A stretch of DNA of 64,000 nucleotides from the NCBI RefSeq assembly GCF_009914755.1, contig NC_060937.1. One strand, written 5' to 3'. A model generated the notes under the pieces. That model was not told the origin of the DNA and did no database searches. It worked only from the letters and a program-made list of their open reading frames with translations. Positions 13,700-29,809 of this stretch are shown one piece after another (within the stretch, counting starts at the first letter, position 1; each line of letters opens with the position of its first letter). The position numbers and the translations under genes were made by a program. This stretch comes from the human T2T-CHM13v2.0 reference genome, Homo sapiens.

Positions 13700-14350
13700 A
13701 ACATGTATTGTGGTAATTTATATGAAGAAATAAACCAGAGGATGCAGTGGAGAGCAATTTGGAGGGGCAGGTGCGGGCTGGGCACTTTCTTTAGGTGGAG
13801 TGGTAAGAGAAGCCCTCTCTGAAAAAGTGGCATTTAAGCTGAAACCTGAAAGGAAGGCAACGATGTACAGATCTGGTAAAGGAATATTTTGGGCAGAGAG
13901 AACAGCAGGGACCCAGGCCCTAAAGTTGTGATGAGCTTGGCAGAGAAAAAGGCTAAAGGGTAGTGAAGAAGAAGCTAATGGTAGGAAATGAAGTGAGAGA
14001 AGAAGGCGGCAAAGAGGTTCTAAAGGCCTAATAGGTCACAGAAAGCAGGTGGGTTTTATTCTCATTGCAGTGGGAGGCACTGGAAGTTTTTAAGCATACC
14101 AGTGATAAGATCAGATTTTTTAAACAAAAAGATCACCCTGCTGTGAGGCGATAGGCAGAGGTGGAGGTGGGAGGCCTTGGAGGCTGTCAGAGTGAGAGAT
14201 GAAGGGGAGATACAGAAAGGATAATGCATTTGAGAGCTACTTAGCGGGCAGATTCCGCAGGACTCAGTGTTGATTGACTGTTGAAAGTAAAATACATGAT
14301 TCCCCTGTGTCTAGCCTGGGCTTCTGGATGAACACTGGTGCCACCCTGGT
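13700..14350 (-). mobile_element. L2 LINE fragment
   Basis: purine-rich reverse L2 body (aagctgaaacctgaa..ttttattctcattgcagtgggaggcactggaag). Confidence 0.55.
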
Positions 14351-15444
14351 GGTCTAGTTGGTAGAATCCTGTGTTCACACTGTTGAGGCCTGGTTCAGTT
14401 TCTTATGAGAAAAGCAGTATTTGGAAGGAAATGTGTAGTAACAGGTTAGAGCATTGGACTCCGGGTCAGAGAAGCCTGGGTATGAGTAAGCACCACTTCC
14501 TAACTTTGGGAAGGATATTTCATCTCTTTTATTTTCTAGTCTCTGAAGTGAGGCTAATAATACGAACTCTGGGTGTAATGGGCTCCCTAAAAATGATTGA
14601 TGCCCTTTCCCCCTGTGAGCCTCCCTCACCAGCTTCACCAAAGGAAAACCATGAGCTCAAAAGCAAGCAATACAAAATCTTGCCCGAAGGATCCGTCAGG
14701 CAGATCTCTGAAGGCACCCCAATGCATGCACTTTCCTAAAGAAGCTGAAAAAGAAGAAAGTACTGACTTGCTGCTTGCCGCTAAGCCCTAGGGAAGCTGT
14801 GCATCTAAACTGCCAGACACAATCAACCGCAAGCATCTAAAGCCTTCTGGCAACAACAACAACAAAAGTTTTAAGTAATGGGGGAAAATAGAGATCTCAT
14901 TCACAATAACAAAAGCTAAATGGTATCTAGGAATAAATCGAAAAGATATTCAAGTCCTTATTGAGAAAATTATAAAATATTACTGAAGAACATAAACTAA
15001 GATGCAAATAAAAAGAGAGATACACCACTCTCAGAAAGATTCAATAGCGATGTCAGTTTTTACCAAATTGATTTTAAAACTCAATAAAATTCCAATCAAA
15101 CTCCAAGTAGGTTTTGTGTGGGTGTGTGAGAGTGTGGAATTTTACAAGCTGATCCTAAAATTTGTACGGAAAGCATGAAAAAGAAATACTTAAAACGTGT
15201 GTGGAGACCTATCTGGAGAAGCTTACTCTATATCAAAACGTATTTTAAAGCCATAATAATTGAGTCAGAGTAGTGTTGGTGCAGAGATAGAAACATAGAC
15301 CAAACAAAATAGAAAGCACAGAATGTATTCATGCATATACAGAAACCTGATACATGCTACTTGGTACTGACATTGCAGGTCAAGTAGGGGAAATGATTGA
15401 TAATCAGTAATGGTGCTGGGATATTTGGTTTTCTATATGAAAAA

Positions 15445-15447
<3 letters not shown>

Positions 15448-15480
<33 letters not shown>
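15448..15480 (+). repeat. (TG)16 microsatellite
   Basis: direct read. Confidence 0.95.
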
Positions 15481-15482
<2 letters not shown>

Positions 15483-15540
15483 TTTTTAACCTCATACCAC
15501 ATACAAAAATACATTCCACAGGGCTTAAAAAGCTAAATGG

Positions 15541-16412
15541 TGTTGATAAAAAAGCCGAACTCTGTAAAATATTTAAAGAGGTTTATTCTGAGCTAATATG
15601 AGTGACCATGGCCCAGGGAACAGTTTCAGGAGGTCCTGAGAAATTGAGACCAAAGTGTTCAGGTTAGTTTGGTTTTGTACATTTTAGGGATACTGAAGTT
15701 ACAGGCAAAGACATAAATCAATACACGTAAGGTGTATGTTGGTTTGGTCCAGAAAGTTGGGGTGGGTACAGGTCACAGGTGAATTCAAAGATTTTCTGAT
15801 TGGCTATTGGTTGAAAATGTTAAGGATTGAGGTAAAGGCATAAAGTCAGTAGAAAGAAATGCTGGAGTTAAGATAAGAGGGGTTGTGGAAGCCAGGGTTC
15901 TTGCTGTGTAGATGAAGACTCGAGGTAGCAGGCTTCAGGGAGAATAGATGGTAAATGTCTTTTTTTCAGACTTTAACAGGTGTCAGACTTTTGGTTAATC
16001 TCTCCTAGATCCATGAAAGGCATAGCTACATTAATGGAAATTCTCTACAGATGCAAAATTTCCCCCAAAAAGGATGACTTTGCAGGACCATTTTAAAATA
16101 TAGCAAAGACATATGTTTTGTGGTAAAATATTTTTATTTCCTTGAGGGTCTGCTATCTGTCCTGTGATGCTATACTAGAGTCAGGTTGGAATTTGGTATC
16201 TTATTGCCAAAGAGTCTATTTCGTCAGTCTTATAATCTCTATTTTAATGTTAGTGCTGGTCAGTTGTGCCTACACTCCAAAAGAAGGAGGGTATAAGAAG
16301 GCATGTCCTGGCCCCCTTCCCATCAGGGCTAGGAATTCAGTTGTTTAGGTTTCCCTTTCCCCAGAGGGGGTCTGTTAAGTCAGGGGGCTTTGGATTTTAT
16401 TTTTGGTTTGCA
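15541..16412 (-). mobile_element. MER4-family (MER4D/E-like) ERV1 solo LTR
   Basis: TG..CA termini; 3' end ttttatttttggtttgca matches the reverse of the MER4 start; 4-bp TSD atgg/gtgg with one mismatch. Confidence 0.85.
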
Positions 16413-17344
16413 GTGGGAACAACAAAAGCATAAGAAAAATATCTTCAAAATCTCATGGGAGGATTTATCAGGATACAGACAGCACAATCACAATTGACAA
16501 GTCTGACTACATAAAATTAAGAGTGTCTGTTCAAAATGAAATGTTAAGCAACATAATGGGAGAAGATATTTGCATTGTGTATAATTTATAAATAATTAGG
16601 ATCTAGAATTTATTTTAAATCTATAAGATATAGAAACAGCCTAATACAAAATTAGGCAAAGAACATGAATGTAAAATACACAGGAAAAAATTTAATTGGG
16701 TATGAAAAGAAGCATAGCCTCCTCAGTTATGAAGATGTAAGGTGTAGGCCTCACAGATACTTGTGCAATTGCGTGAAAACTCTGTGACATTAGTGGGAGG
16801 TCCAAGACTCACGATATTTAGGAGTTCATAGGGTAACAGTGTGATTTGGGGCTAGATGCCAAGTCAGTGCCTAATTATTTCAACTTTGCCAAAGCCTAGA
16901 AGGCCAACAATCAGAATAATATGAAATTCAAGTCTCAAGACAAATTATACAGGGTTTTCAAGAAAGCAGAATTTGGATGAAGACTTGGTCAGATAGGGGT
17001 GGGGCGCGAGGCTACAGGCATGAACAACCCAGGAGCATCACAGTTGGTGGACAAGAAGAGTCACAGGGAGCTGGGTTGTGGGCTGAAATCCATGCCACAT
17101 CAATCCTAATGTCTGTTGGTGTTGGGCAAGTGAAGGCTGGATCCCAAGGCGAGCTGTGCCCTGTGGGGAAGGCAGTGACTGTAAAATGATTTGGTACAAA
17201 CCTCTGGACACCTGGACACCTCTATGCCTGCTGCAGACCTTTCTCAGTTCTAAAGACTCAGCAGTGTCCCTTGAGCAAGACTAACCCCTCCAAGTGGGAA
17301 TTGAGATCCTTACCCACTTAGTGTGGGAATTTTCAGGCAACGCC

Positions 17345-17515
17345 ATTTGCTTATTCAACACATAATGATCGAGCACCTCGCATGTACCAGACACTGTTCT
17401 AGGTGCTTGGGATACATCAATTAACAAAATAGACAAAGTTCCCTGCTCTCCTAGAGCTTACATCCTAGTGGGAAGGTGGACATTATAAATAATCAGAATA
17501 AATAAGTACACTTAT
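17345..17515 (-). mobile_element. L2 3' end
   Basis: attcaacacata..gagcacc..gtaccagacactgttctaggtgcttgggata. Confidence 0.7.
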
Positions 17516-17519
17516 TTAT

Positions 17520-17610
17520 CCCAGGCCCCACCCCAGACTTAAAACAAAGAATTTGCATTTAACAAGTTCTTCTACTGATTTTTATGTACATAAAAGTTTG
17601 AGAAGCACCA
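17520..17610. mobile_element. MER5A-like fragment
   Basis: ggccccaccccagac..gaatttgcatttaacaag..aagtttgagaagcac. Confidence 0.6.
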
Positions 17611-20600
17611 TAAGTGTAGGAATCATTAGCTTTCTACCAAATCAATGCCTAACCTGTTCTTAGTTACAGACAGTTCTGCCATCTCACAGAGGTGGTGGTA
17701 GAAAGGGTACTGGTAAGCAGATATTGTAGGCAACATTTACCATGTCATTCTGAATTTAGGACTACTTTCTTTCTATAAATATGCCTATTTCTTATACTGA
17801 GCAACTAGTAGCTATAATTAAGGCAACTTTAATGGCAGCCAGTGGTTTCGTACACAACTATTTTGGAGCAATTTATTTTAGTTCTGGTATATCTGGTTAT
17901 ACAAAAAAAAATGAATTCTTTGCTAAATAAAGACATACTATTTTCCTCATCACTAACATGAAGAGGTAGACAGACAGTGAGAACAGAAGGTGAGCAGTTG
18001 GAATGGCCTAAAGTCCTGTCTGACCTCCACACTTTAGCTTCCAACATTGCCACTTCCAGGACGTTCTGTTCATGTTTCTCTGCCAATATAACTCCTATCC
18101 ATTCTTTGACATCCAGATCCTGGTTAGTGTTTTCCATTAATATTTTCCTGCCCATCTCAAAATGAAGTAATCATTTTTTACTTGCAACCCAGAAAGCACC
18201 TACTATCTCTGATTCATCTTAAAACTGATGCTAGCCCTTCCACACTTTGAACTGTCATTCACATCTTGTGAAGTGTCACTGAAATCTTGGTTCATTATTT
18301 ATATGCTCACACTTTTATATTGTATCTTCCAGTATAGACGTTAGATTCCTAAGGACAGGAACTATGTCTTAGTAGCTTAATGCACTTTCCTCAACACATC
18401 ACCTTGTACAAAATAGTCATTCGATAAATACTTGCTGATTTTAGTATGTGTTTGTTCCACAGGTGAACATTTTTCTTTTGAAAGGTCAAGAATCTAGCCT
18501 GTAAATTGTAAAATGTGGGGCTGACATCACACAGGCATTTCCATTTGCTATTGGAGTAGAGCTTTAATATTTTAAGGTTGGAGTTGAATCATACTAAGAT
18601 TGGAATGACATTTCTCAGGTTGCTGAGTAGAAAGAAGTCTTCGAATATATGCTGGTTTGTTCCTAGTGTGTGAGATGATAGGAGCTGAATTACAGTTTGA
18701 AAAATAAGGTAAGTGGTCTATACCATTAGAAAACAAGAAGAAAAGAAATTTAGACTTTAAAGTGAATGCCATTTATTTTCAGTAGGATGTCCTTTGTATA
18801 ATGTCAGCACCAAATATTTGAAAGAAGGCTGTAACCTAAGTCTAAACAACGTTGTTGCAAAAGCAGAGAAAATGTGAAAAGTATACAGAGATTTTTTTTC
18901 CTATACCATAGTGGAAAAGCAATTCTGTACTGAAAATAACACAGTTTCAAAAGAAGTGGTACAGATCAGTACCCTAAAATGCTTTAGCAATTTATGCCTA
19001 ACTATGCAGTTTACCCCAGAAGAGGAGACTAGCAGGTACTAAGAAATAACTGAGAGAGAAGCTAGAGTTAAGATAAAAGGTTACATTCCTTACGCATTCT
19101 TTTTTCTCCAAAAGATGCACATTCTTACTGTATTCTTTTTCCTCTTTCCAAATACCTCCCCTTTATATTGATGGAAGGAAAAAAATGAGCTATCATATTC
19201 TTCAGTTTATTTTTAATAGCTTAACACATAATTCTGTGCTACATTTGGCCAACTGGAATATTGCTATACACTGTTCTGCCAAACTTCTCAGTGGGATGAG
19301 CTGCAGTTGTCTACAGAATTGAAATTTTGGAAGATGGAAAAAGCAAAAAAGAGTTCTAAACACTCAAAGCTTATTTTGGAAAACTTACAAGCTCCTTCTC
19401 TTCCATGACTTTTTTAGGGTTTTCGCATTAACTGTAAAGTTTCATAATCTAAAAATGTATCTCCTGCACATCTAACCCAGAGTAGACAGCCACTAGTGTT
19501 TTTAAGAACTTGAATTGTAGGAGGCAAGCACCCACATTCAGATTTTTAGAAATCTGGTTGCCTCTCCTTCCCAAATTCAGGCATATCACAAGACAGAGAA
19601 TCGACTTGGGGAAAATCATGGCAAGTGTCCAAAAAGCATCCTGTCACAACCAAACCAATCTTTGTGGTCATATGTTTCCTCCTCAGGATGAATTTGTTCT
19701 TCCTTTCGTTTCTCTATTTGGTTCTTCAAACTGTAGTTATATTTACTGCCATATAAATACTGGGCAAAAGGTGAAAAAAATGACTCTTGGTACCTTTTGT
19801 GAGGGCTGTTTACTGTGAACTTCACATGAGTAGAAAGGTAATGACCATATTAAAGATGGTTTAATATGGTTAGCATAAACCCTTATCTATGTAAACTGAA
19901 GTTTTAAAAAATCTAAGTTACTGATTATTTGACTTAGGCAGCATGAGCTGTCTTCGAACTATCAGATTCATGCCTTACATATTATTTGATGGAGTTTTGC
20001 AAAAACTGAACTAAATTTAGGGAAGATTGTCGTTAAACCACAAGATATTTAAGTCACTTGTGATATGACAGAAGGTTTAAAAAAATATAAACTTACTGAC
20101 AGAGGTTCCACAGTCTGCTTAGAAGAGACAGCAGACTTATTAAAAGAAGGAAGAATGAATTTAGAATACTTTCAGGGTTAATTTCTTTCTATTTCAAATT
20201 ATTTTTAATATTAATATTTTCATTGTACTCCCATCCCCTTGGAATTTAAAGAATCAAACAGTCTTACTTTCTTAACAATGTGGGCTGATGTCAACTGGGC
20301 ACTTTGAGTCACAGCCATTTGAGTGAAAGAACATCTTTCCTCTGAACATAAATAAGGTAGTAAAATAGGGTGAAGAAAATAAGACTAGAAAACATCATTA
20401 GAAAGACCAAACAGCAAGAGGAGGTGTCGCTCCACTACCGTTATTAAATGTAGGAGCCAAAGAAGGGAATTTTATTTCAATCAGCTGACATGTTTTTGGT
20501 TTAGGCTCTGGCATTATTACAGTCCAGCTCAAATTAATGTCTTCCTTCAGTAAACTGAGTACTTTTTAGACTGAGCACTATGCTGTCCCACAGTAGACAA

Positions 20601-20729
20601 GATAGGCACAGTTCGCACCCTCAGGCAGTTTACAGTTCAGTGGAATGTTCTTTTGGATGCCCTCTAGTTCAGAGAGGACAGTACCCCAATGCCCAGTGAG
20701 TCCACATAGTGTTTTACTTTTTAAGGTGT

Positions 20730-21044
20730 GTTTTTTGTTTTTAGTTTTTGTTTTTGTTTTTGAGACAGGGTCTCACTCCCATCACCCAGGCTGGAGTACT
20801 GTGGCATGATCACGGTCACTACAGCCTCAACTTCCAGGGCTCAAGTGATCCTTCCACCTCAGCCTCCCAAGTAGCTGGGACCACAGGCACATCACCACAC
20901 CCAGCTAATCTTTTTGTACTTTTTGTAGAAGCGGGTGTCTCTCCTTGTTGCCCAGGCTGGTTTCGAACTCCTGAGCTCCAGTGATCCACCCACCTCAGCC
21001 TCCCAAAGTGCTAGAATTACAGGCGTGAGCCACTGTGCCCAACC
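20730..21044 (-). mobile_element. AluJ
   Basis: gagacagggtctcac..gggctcaagtgatccttcc. Confidence 0.9.
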
Positions 21045-21149
21045 TTTTTTGGGTTTTTAAAAATCATTTCCTTGAAAAAATCTCTCTTGAATTCCATGCG
21101 TATATTACCTTTAAGTTTCCCCTAATTTATTTGTTGCTCTTTCTCTTTC

Positions 21150-21464
21150 CTTTTTTTTTTTTTAATTTTTTATTTTTATTTTTTGAGACAGAGTCTTGCT
21201 CTGTCGCCCAGGCTGGAGTGCAGTGGTGTGGTCTCTGATCACTGCAACCTTCGCTTCGGGTTCAAGTGATTCTCCTGCCTCAGCCTCCCGAATAGCTGGG
21301 ATTACAGGTACCCACCACTACCCCCCGCTAATTTTTGTATTTTTAGTAGAGACTGGGTTTCACCATATTGGTCAGGCTGGTCTCGAACTCCTGACCTCAA
21401 GTGATCAGCCCACCTCAGCCTCCCAAAGTGCTGGGGTTACAGGCGTGAACCACCGTGCCTGGCC
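21150..21464 (-). mobile_element. AluS
   Basis: ggttcaagtgattctcctgcctcagcc..ctcctgacctcaagtgatc. Confidence 0.9.
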
Positions 21465-21479
21465 TTCTTTTAATTTAAA

Positions 21480-22210
21480 TGTTGCTGTTTACTGGGTTTA
21501 CCCTAACTTTGTTTCCTATGCTAAATGCCCTGTTTTGGGGCAATCCTATTTTCTTTGGTTTCAGCTATCATCTATATACCATACGCTGATGATTCCTGCA
21601 TAATTTCCAGTGCTCTTTCTCTCCTGAACTCTAAACTCTTAAGTAGTTCCTGAATATTTCCACATCCTGCCTCTCAGGCATCTCAAAGTCAACATAGTTT
21701 AAACTGAACTTATCTGTATTTTCCAAACTTTTTCCTGTGTCTTACTTAATAGCATCATTCTTCCCTCAAGCCAGAAATCCTAGAAATCCTGGGATCATCT
21801 TTGACCTCTTCCATTGTCATAGCATGGCTTCTCCCCCAAGGACCCTCCAGGCCTGTCATTTAGTTTTGTATCCTAATTATAAAGTCTCTCACTCTCTCTT
21901 TTTTTTTTCATCTGTTTAGTTCTCTACATCTATATTGTCTTTGTCCCAATCTCAGGTCATCTTAAACTACACATTGCCTTGTAACTGGTCTCCTTGCATC
22001 CAGCCTCTCTCTAATGCCTCCCTGCTGCTCTGTGCTGTGATGGAAGAACACAGGTGTGGAATGGAGAAGGCCTGAAGTAGAGGCTCACAACAGCATTGTT
22101 TTAAGAATGCAAATACGTAGCACAAAGCCTGACCCATAAGTAGTTTCTCTGAATACCACCACTTATTTACCCATGTTTCCATTAAAATTATCTTTCTAAA
22201 ATAGTGATAA
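21480..22210 (+). mobile_element. L2 fragments
   Basis: caggcatctcaaagtcaacat..aaactgaact..tgcacaaagcctgacccataagtag-like 3' end. Confidence 0.55.
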
Positions 22211-22389
22211 TGATTTCATTCTATTTTTTTAAATTCTCCAATACCATTTGTTTTATACACTTAATACATATTGCATGTGTGTGCACACACATTCACTTCT
22301 TTTTACTAAAAAATGGGATTGTGTAAAATATAATATTTTATAAGCTATTTTTCATTTAAAAGATACTTATTGAGCCCTTACTTTGAGCT

Positions 22390-22885
22390 GGGATCCCTGA
22401 GAGATCTACATAGCCACTGCTGTCTGCCCTGCCTCCCATCCCCCTTGGATAATCTCTGCTGTCAGTCTGTGAACGCTGCTCCTTCATGTCTCAAGCACAC
22501 ACCAAAGAACATCTCCATGTTTTTGCCTCACTTTTCCTGATACCTCACAAGCTCATTTTGCTCAAACACAATCACATCCCAGAAGCAACTCTCAACAAGT
22601 GGAGTTGGGAGCTGGTATATGAAGTGGGTAAATGAAATGTCCCAGCCCCCAATCCTGCATTAGGACAGTTCGCAGGCTTGTTTACACAGTTCCTCATGAA
22701 GACCGCAGCAGGAGTGAGCTCCAGCACCCACAGACTAAACTGCTCAGTCACCTTTTATTGGTTTTTCCCCTATCCCTGTCTCATCCCCTACTCCCTCACT
22801 CCCATATCTTTGGATCACCTCCCAATTAAACCACCTGCACCCAGGTTCTTCTCAAGCCCTGCTTTGGAAGACCCCAAACTGGGAC
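22390..22885 (+). mobile_element. LTR16-like ERVL LTR
   Basis: 3' end gatcacctcccaattaaaccacctgcaccc..gaccccaaactgggaca. Confidence 0.7.
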
Positions 22886-23099
22886 ATCATCAAATAGTTA
22901 GAGGCATAATTATTTTAAGTTGTGGTGAGTGAGAAAAGCTGTAAGTACGAGATACTATGAGAGAATATAATCAGGCAAAGGCTTTGGAAAAGAAGACCTA
23001 ACAGATGACTATGGGTTGGCCAAGAGAAAGGGGAAGGGAGTTCATGAACATCTTAAGATGTTAATAAATATGAATCTATATCTTTAGTAATCCAATCAG

Positions 23100-25990
<2,891 letters not shown>

Positions 25991-27289
25991 AATTTGTTCT
26001 AATTTAATAACAGAAATCTTAGCTTCAAAATTTTGCGTTGTGTCCCATAGAATCACAAAGGTTTGAGGACTGGAGGGAATTGTCAAAATCATATAACGCA
26101 AACCTCTTGTTTTCCACATTCAAAATGCAAACAGGTTAAAAGGCTTGTTTCACAGCTAACTAGTTGCAGAACCAAAGTAAAGACCAGACAATTTTCCTGG
26201 CCCTCCTTTTTCACTACACCGCTCCTGCTGGCTTCTTAACCAAAAAAAACACAAGAATGAAGTAAAAGGAGACCATTTCTAGTGGGAATGCCGTTATAGT
26301 CTGGGAAACTCCTGGAGTGGCTAGGACATAAAGTAACCAGCTAAGTGCTTTTAGAGCAGATTATTATTTTTTTATATTTCTCTGGAACAGAGGTTACTTT
26401 GTGTTGACACAAGGTGAATAAATAAGCCTTCTATTGATTCAGGTAGGGTTCAGGGCATCTGTCTTAAAGGGGCAGCACCTTACTTCAGCTGCCCAGCTCT
26501 AAGCCAGAGTTCCCAGGGAGAGGACCTCATTTTTCCCACTCGTGCTTCCAGTGAGAACCACGCCCCTCCAACCCACATGCCATTGTTCCATCATGACCTG
26601 ATTGCATTTTCACCCCAGAGCCACTTAGGGGAAGGATTGCCACCTCCTTGAATTAGAGTTCTCGGAGCAAGGCCAATAAGCTGAGCAGTGGGAGCAGGGA
26701 GAGGAGAAGAATAAATGGAGTGAGTGCAGCACAGCCTGCCTGCAAGAGCGTGACCTGCGTTTCTCCTTTCTTGCCCTGGCTTGAATTAGTGAAAAGGTGA
26801 AGTGGGCGGGCAGTGAACAAAGGAGTAATGTAGACATGGATTCAAAAATGAGGTTTTTCTTCCTTTCTACTTATTAAGGGTTGTGATGGTTAAATAAAAA
26901 GTTTAATTTAACACCACTTATTGGTGATCTGCTACATCAAGAAGGTATGAAAAGATGGATGTGAATGTGTACACATGTACATACAAATGTATGCATACGT
27001 GCATGTGCACACACACACACATAGACACACAGTGCAAGAGCCCGAAACCCAAGGGAACCTTGTGGTGAAACATCTTTCTGTACAATGAGGAATGTTTGAT
27101 AATGGGAATAATTTTACCCCTTTTTTAAGTGTCTGTTTTGTCTGGGCTGTCTACATTTTGTATAGAATAATGCTCAAGATATGTTTTTACTTCTATTTTT
27201 ATGCATTGCATGAAAATAAGTGTTTACTCTTATCACCTGGAGTTACCAGTAAAATTCCATGCAGCTCACAAAAATTCAGAGTGAACCAA

Positions 27290-27850
27290 TGATTATTAAG
27301 GGCCAGCTCTGTGTGAAGCCCTGTGCCCAGGGACTTTCACAAGAATTATTTTGTTTACTCCTCCCTAACCGCTTCCTGTATAGTTGATGTTATCACTCTT
27401 TTTTTTTTTTTTTTTTTTTTTGAGTTGGAGTCTCGCTCTTTGGCCCAGGACAGAGTGCAGTGGCGCGATCTCGGCTCACTGCAAGCTCTGCCTCCCGGCT
27501 TCATGCCATTCTCCCGCCTCAGCCTCCTGAGCAGCTGGGACTACAGGCACCCGCCACCACACCCAGCTAATTTTTTTTGTACTTTTAGTAGAGACGGGGT
27601 TTCACTGTGTTAGCCAGGATGGTCTCGATCTCCTGACCTCGTGATCCGCCTGCCTCGGCCTCCCAAAGTGCTGGGATTACAGGCATGAGCCACCGCGCAC
27701 GGCCAATGTTATCACTCTTACTTTAAAGATGAAAACAAAGAAGCTCAGAGAGGTTAAGTAACTTACCCTAGATTACACAGCTAATAAATGTCAGAATCTG
27801 GAATTAAACCCAGATCTTCTGATTTCAAGGTATATATTCTTTCCTCTGCC
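27290..27850 (-). mobile_element. MIR split by AluY
   Basis: gctcagagaggttaagtaacttaccc..ggaattaaacccagatc. Confidence 0.7.
27399..27704 (-). mobile_element. AluY
   Basis: Y diagnostics gcaagctc, catgccattctc, ttagccaggatggtctcgatctcctgacctcgtg; TSD atgttatcactctt at 27387-27400 and 27706-27719. Confidence 0.95.
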
Positions 27851-29809
27851 TGATAGACAAAAGCAATTTAATACTAGACGGTAAATGTTTTAAGGTTTAA
27901 GATAATGCCTTGTTTACTTTCATGCAGTGTGATGCCAGCTGTTTCCCAGAAGATTAAAATACGCTTTGCAGCTTATTATCTCTTATTAATTTTCATTTTT
28001 ATCACAGTATTACATAGACATTCTTTGAGAGGCCAAATAACAACTCTATAAGACCTTTAAAAAGTAGCCATTCCTTGACTCACCATACATAGTGAATTTT
28101 TTGTTCCAGGGCTATTCTGTGTAGTTTGATTTACTATTAGAAAGTAAAAGGGTAGGGAATAAGAAATTGCTTTTACTTAACAAGTATTAAGTCCCAAGGC
28201 AATTTGAGCTGCACTTTCTGCAGGATATCTTATTTAATCTTAAAAACAACTCTGAGGCATCTGACTAACCTATTGTGGGATTCCAGCAATAGGGACTCCC
28301 TGGGCTGTTTCTTCCTCACAGGGCTGACTCCCATGTAAAAATGCAGCTGCTTTTCAGTTCTTCCTTCTAGTCATACCATAAATTGATTTGTTACTGATTA
28401 GACAAAAATGATGCTAAAACACATCGGCACCCAGCAATTTATCTTACAAAGTCTGGGTATATTCATTTCTACTCTTTTCCTCCTGAAAACTGATGTACAT
28501 TTTATAGCTTTATTTTAATTTTCTATAGCTTTTAAATTTTGTAGCGTTTTAGAAGCTATATAAGTAGTACATAATCTTAAGTAAATGTTCTTAATTTGGC
28601 TTCTAAAGTATTGCATTTTATCCTGCCTGCAGAATGGCACATAAATAACCCTTTGAACTTGAGAGCAGACAGTACAGTCAGCTGCATTTACGAAATTCAG
28701 TACAAACAAGGAATCACTTGTTGGCACAAATTATGTTCACTAATTTTTTACTTATATTCATTTCTCTATTTAAACTATTCATGAAACACATGGTAGAAAT
28801 TTCATCTCTCTTCCTTTCCATCCCCCACCCATTTCTTAGTCAAGGTATTCTCTGTCTGTTCTTTATGGTAGCCAGACAATTAATTTGGCCAGATAGCATT
28901 ATTGTCCTTTGTTCATTCAATTATAAATTCCTAGAGCTCAGAAACTCTGCCCAGTTTTTTATTCCTACCTCCCAACCTTGGAGTTATATTTCTGATACAT
29001 GAAAGAGCCCAGTAGCAACTGCCCAGCCTTAGTGGATATCCTGCTTGTACTTCCATGTGCCCTGGTTGTGTGTTAGGGGCAAGCGCTCATAGAAGGGAAA
29101 TGGGGTTCACAGGGAGGCACAATTCACTGTGGCACACAGTAGAGCCTTGGCTCCCACAATTCCACCTGCCTGCTTGCCCTCTTCCTCTTGCTGTAATTAA
29201 AGCCTGTCCCTTCCTCAATCCTGCCTTTTGCCTTGGAATGGGCCTGTTGTCATTGTCCAAATCTATTTTTATCATCTAGACTCTAGAAATGTCAGTTGAA
29301 TGAAATGGTACTGGAATCTGCTTCCCTTTCTTCCCCTTTTTTGTATAATTAACAAGAAGAACAATTACTTCTTCATTATTTTGTTTTTGCACTCTCTCAT
29401 TTTGAAAGATAACCAAAGCAGTTGTTGAGAGTCACAAGCCATTTGTGCATCATGAAAATCAGCCTTACAAGGTTAGGGTCAAGTATTCCAGCCTTATCTT
29501 TCCATATCAGCCTTTTACCTGAATATTTCATTTGGTCCTGAACTCTTACTATTTTTCTTTCTCTAAACTTCCTTTCTTCTGCTGATATCAACTAGTTAGG
29601 TATTTGTGTTTGGTTAAGTGCATGAAAATATAACTTCTAAAGTCCCAGATTGTTTTTAGAGCTTGCGAGGGGTCAGAAGACACAATTCTCCTTGTATCCA
29701 GCTTACTCTTAGCCCTGGGTGCCTTCTGCAAGAATGCACATGCACCTGGCAAGGCATAGGCAGCCCCAGCAACTCAGGAGGATGTGGCTCCAGTTCCACA
29801 GTCTAACAG

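Larger units (their letters stand above)
14890..16730 (+). mobile_element. old L1 ORF2 fragments interrupted by an LTR
   Basis: tatctaggaataaat..acaagctgatcctaaaattt..ctcataccacatacaaaaat; resumes after 16412. Confidence 0.65.

Noticed and set aside
14338-14356. CTCF-like ccaccagggtggca on the minus strand
   Set aside because: Extra base disrupts the core spacing; lies at an L2 edge
21196-21603. 135-aa ORF and similar ORFs at 25560, 33005, 53332 and 57071
   Set aside because: Alu-derived translations
26670-26812. CCAAT box plus GC box as a promoter
   Set aside because: Motifs lie within the putative fossil exon 1, there is no CpG island and no TSS evidence
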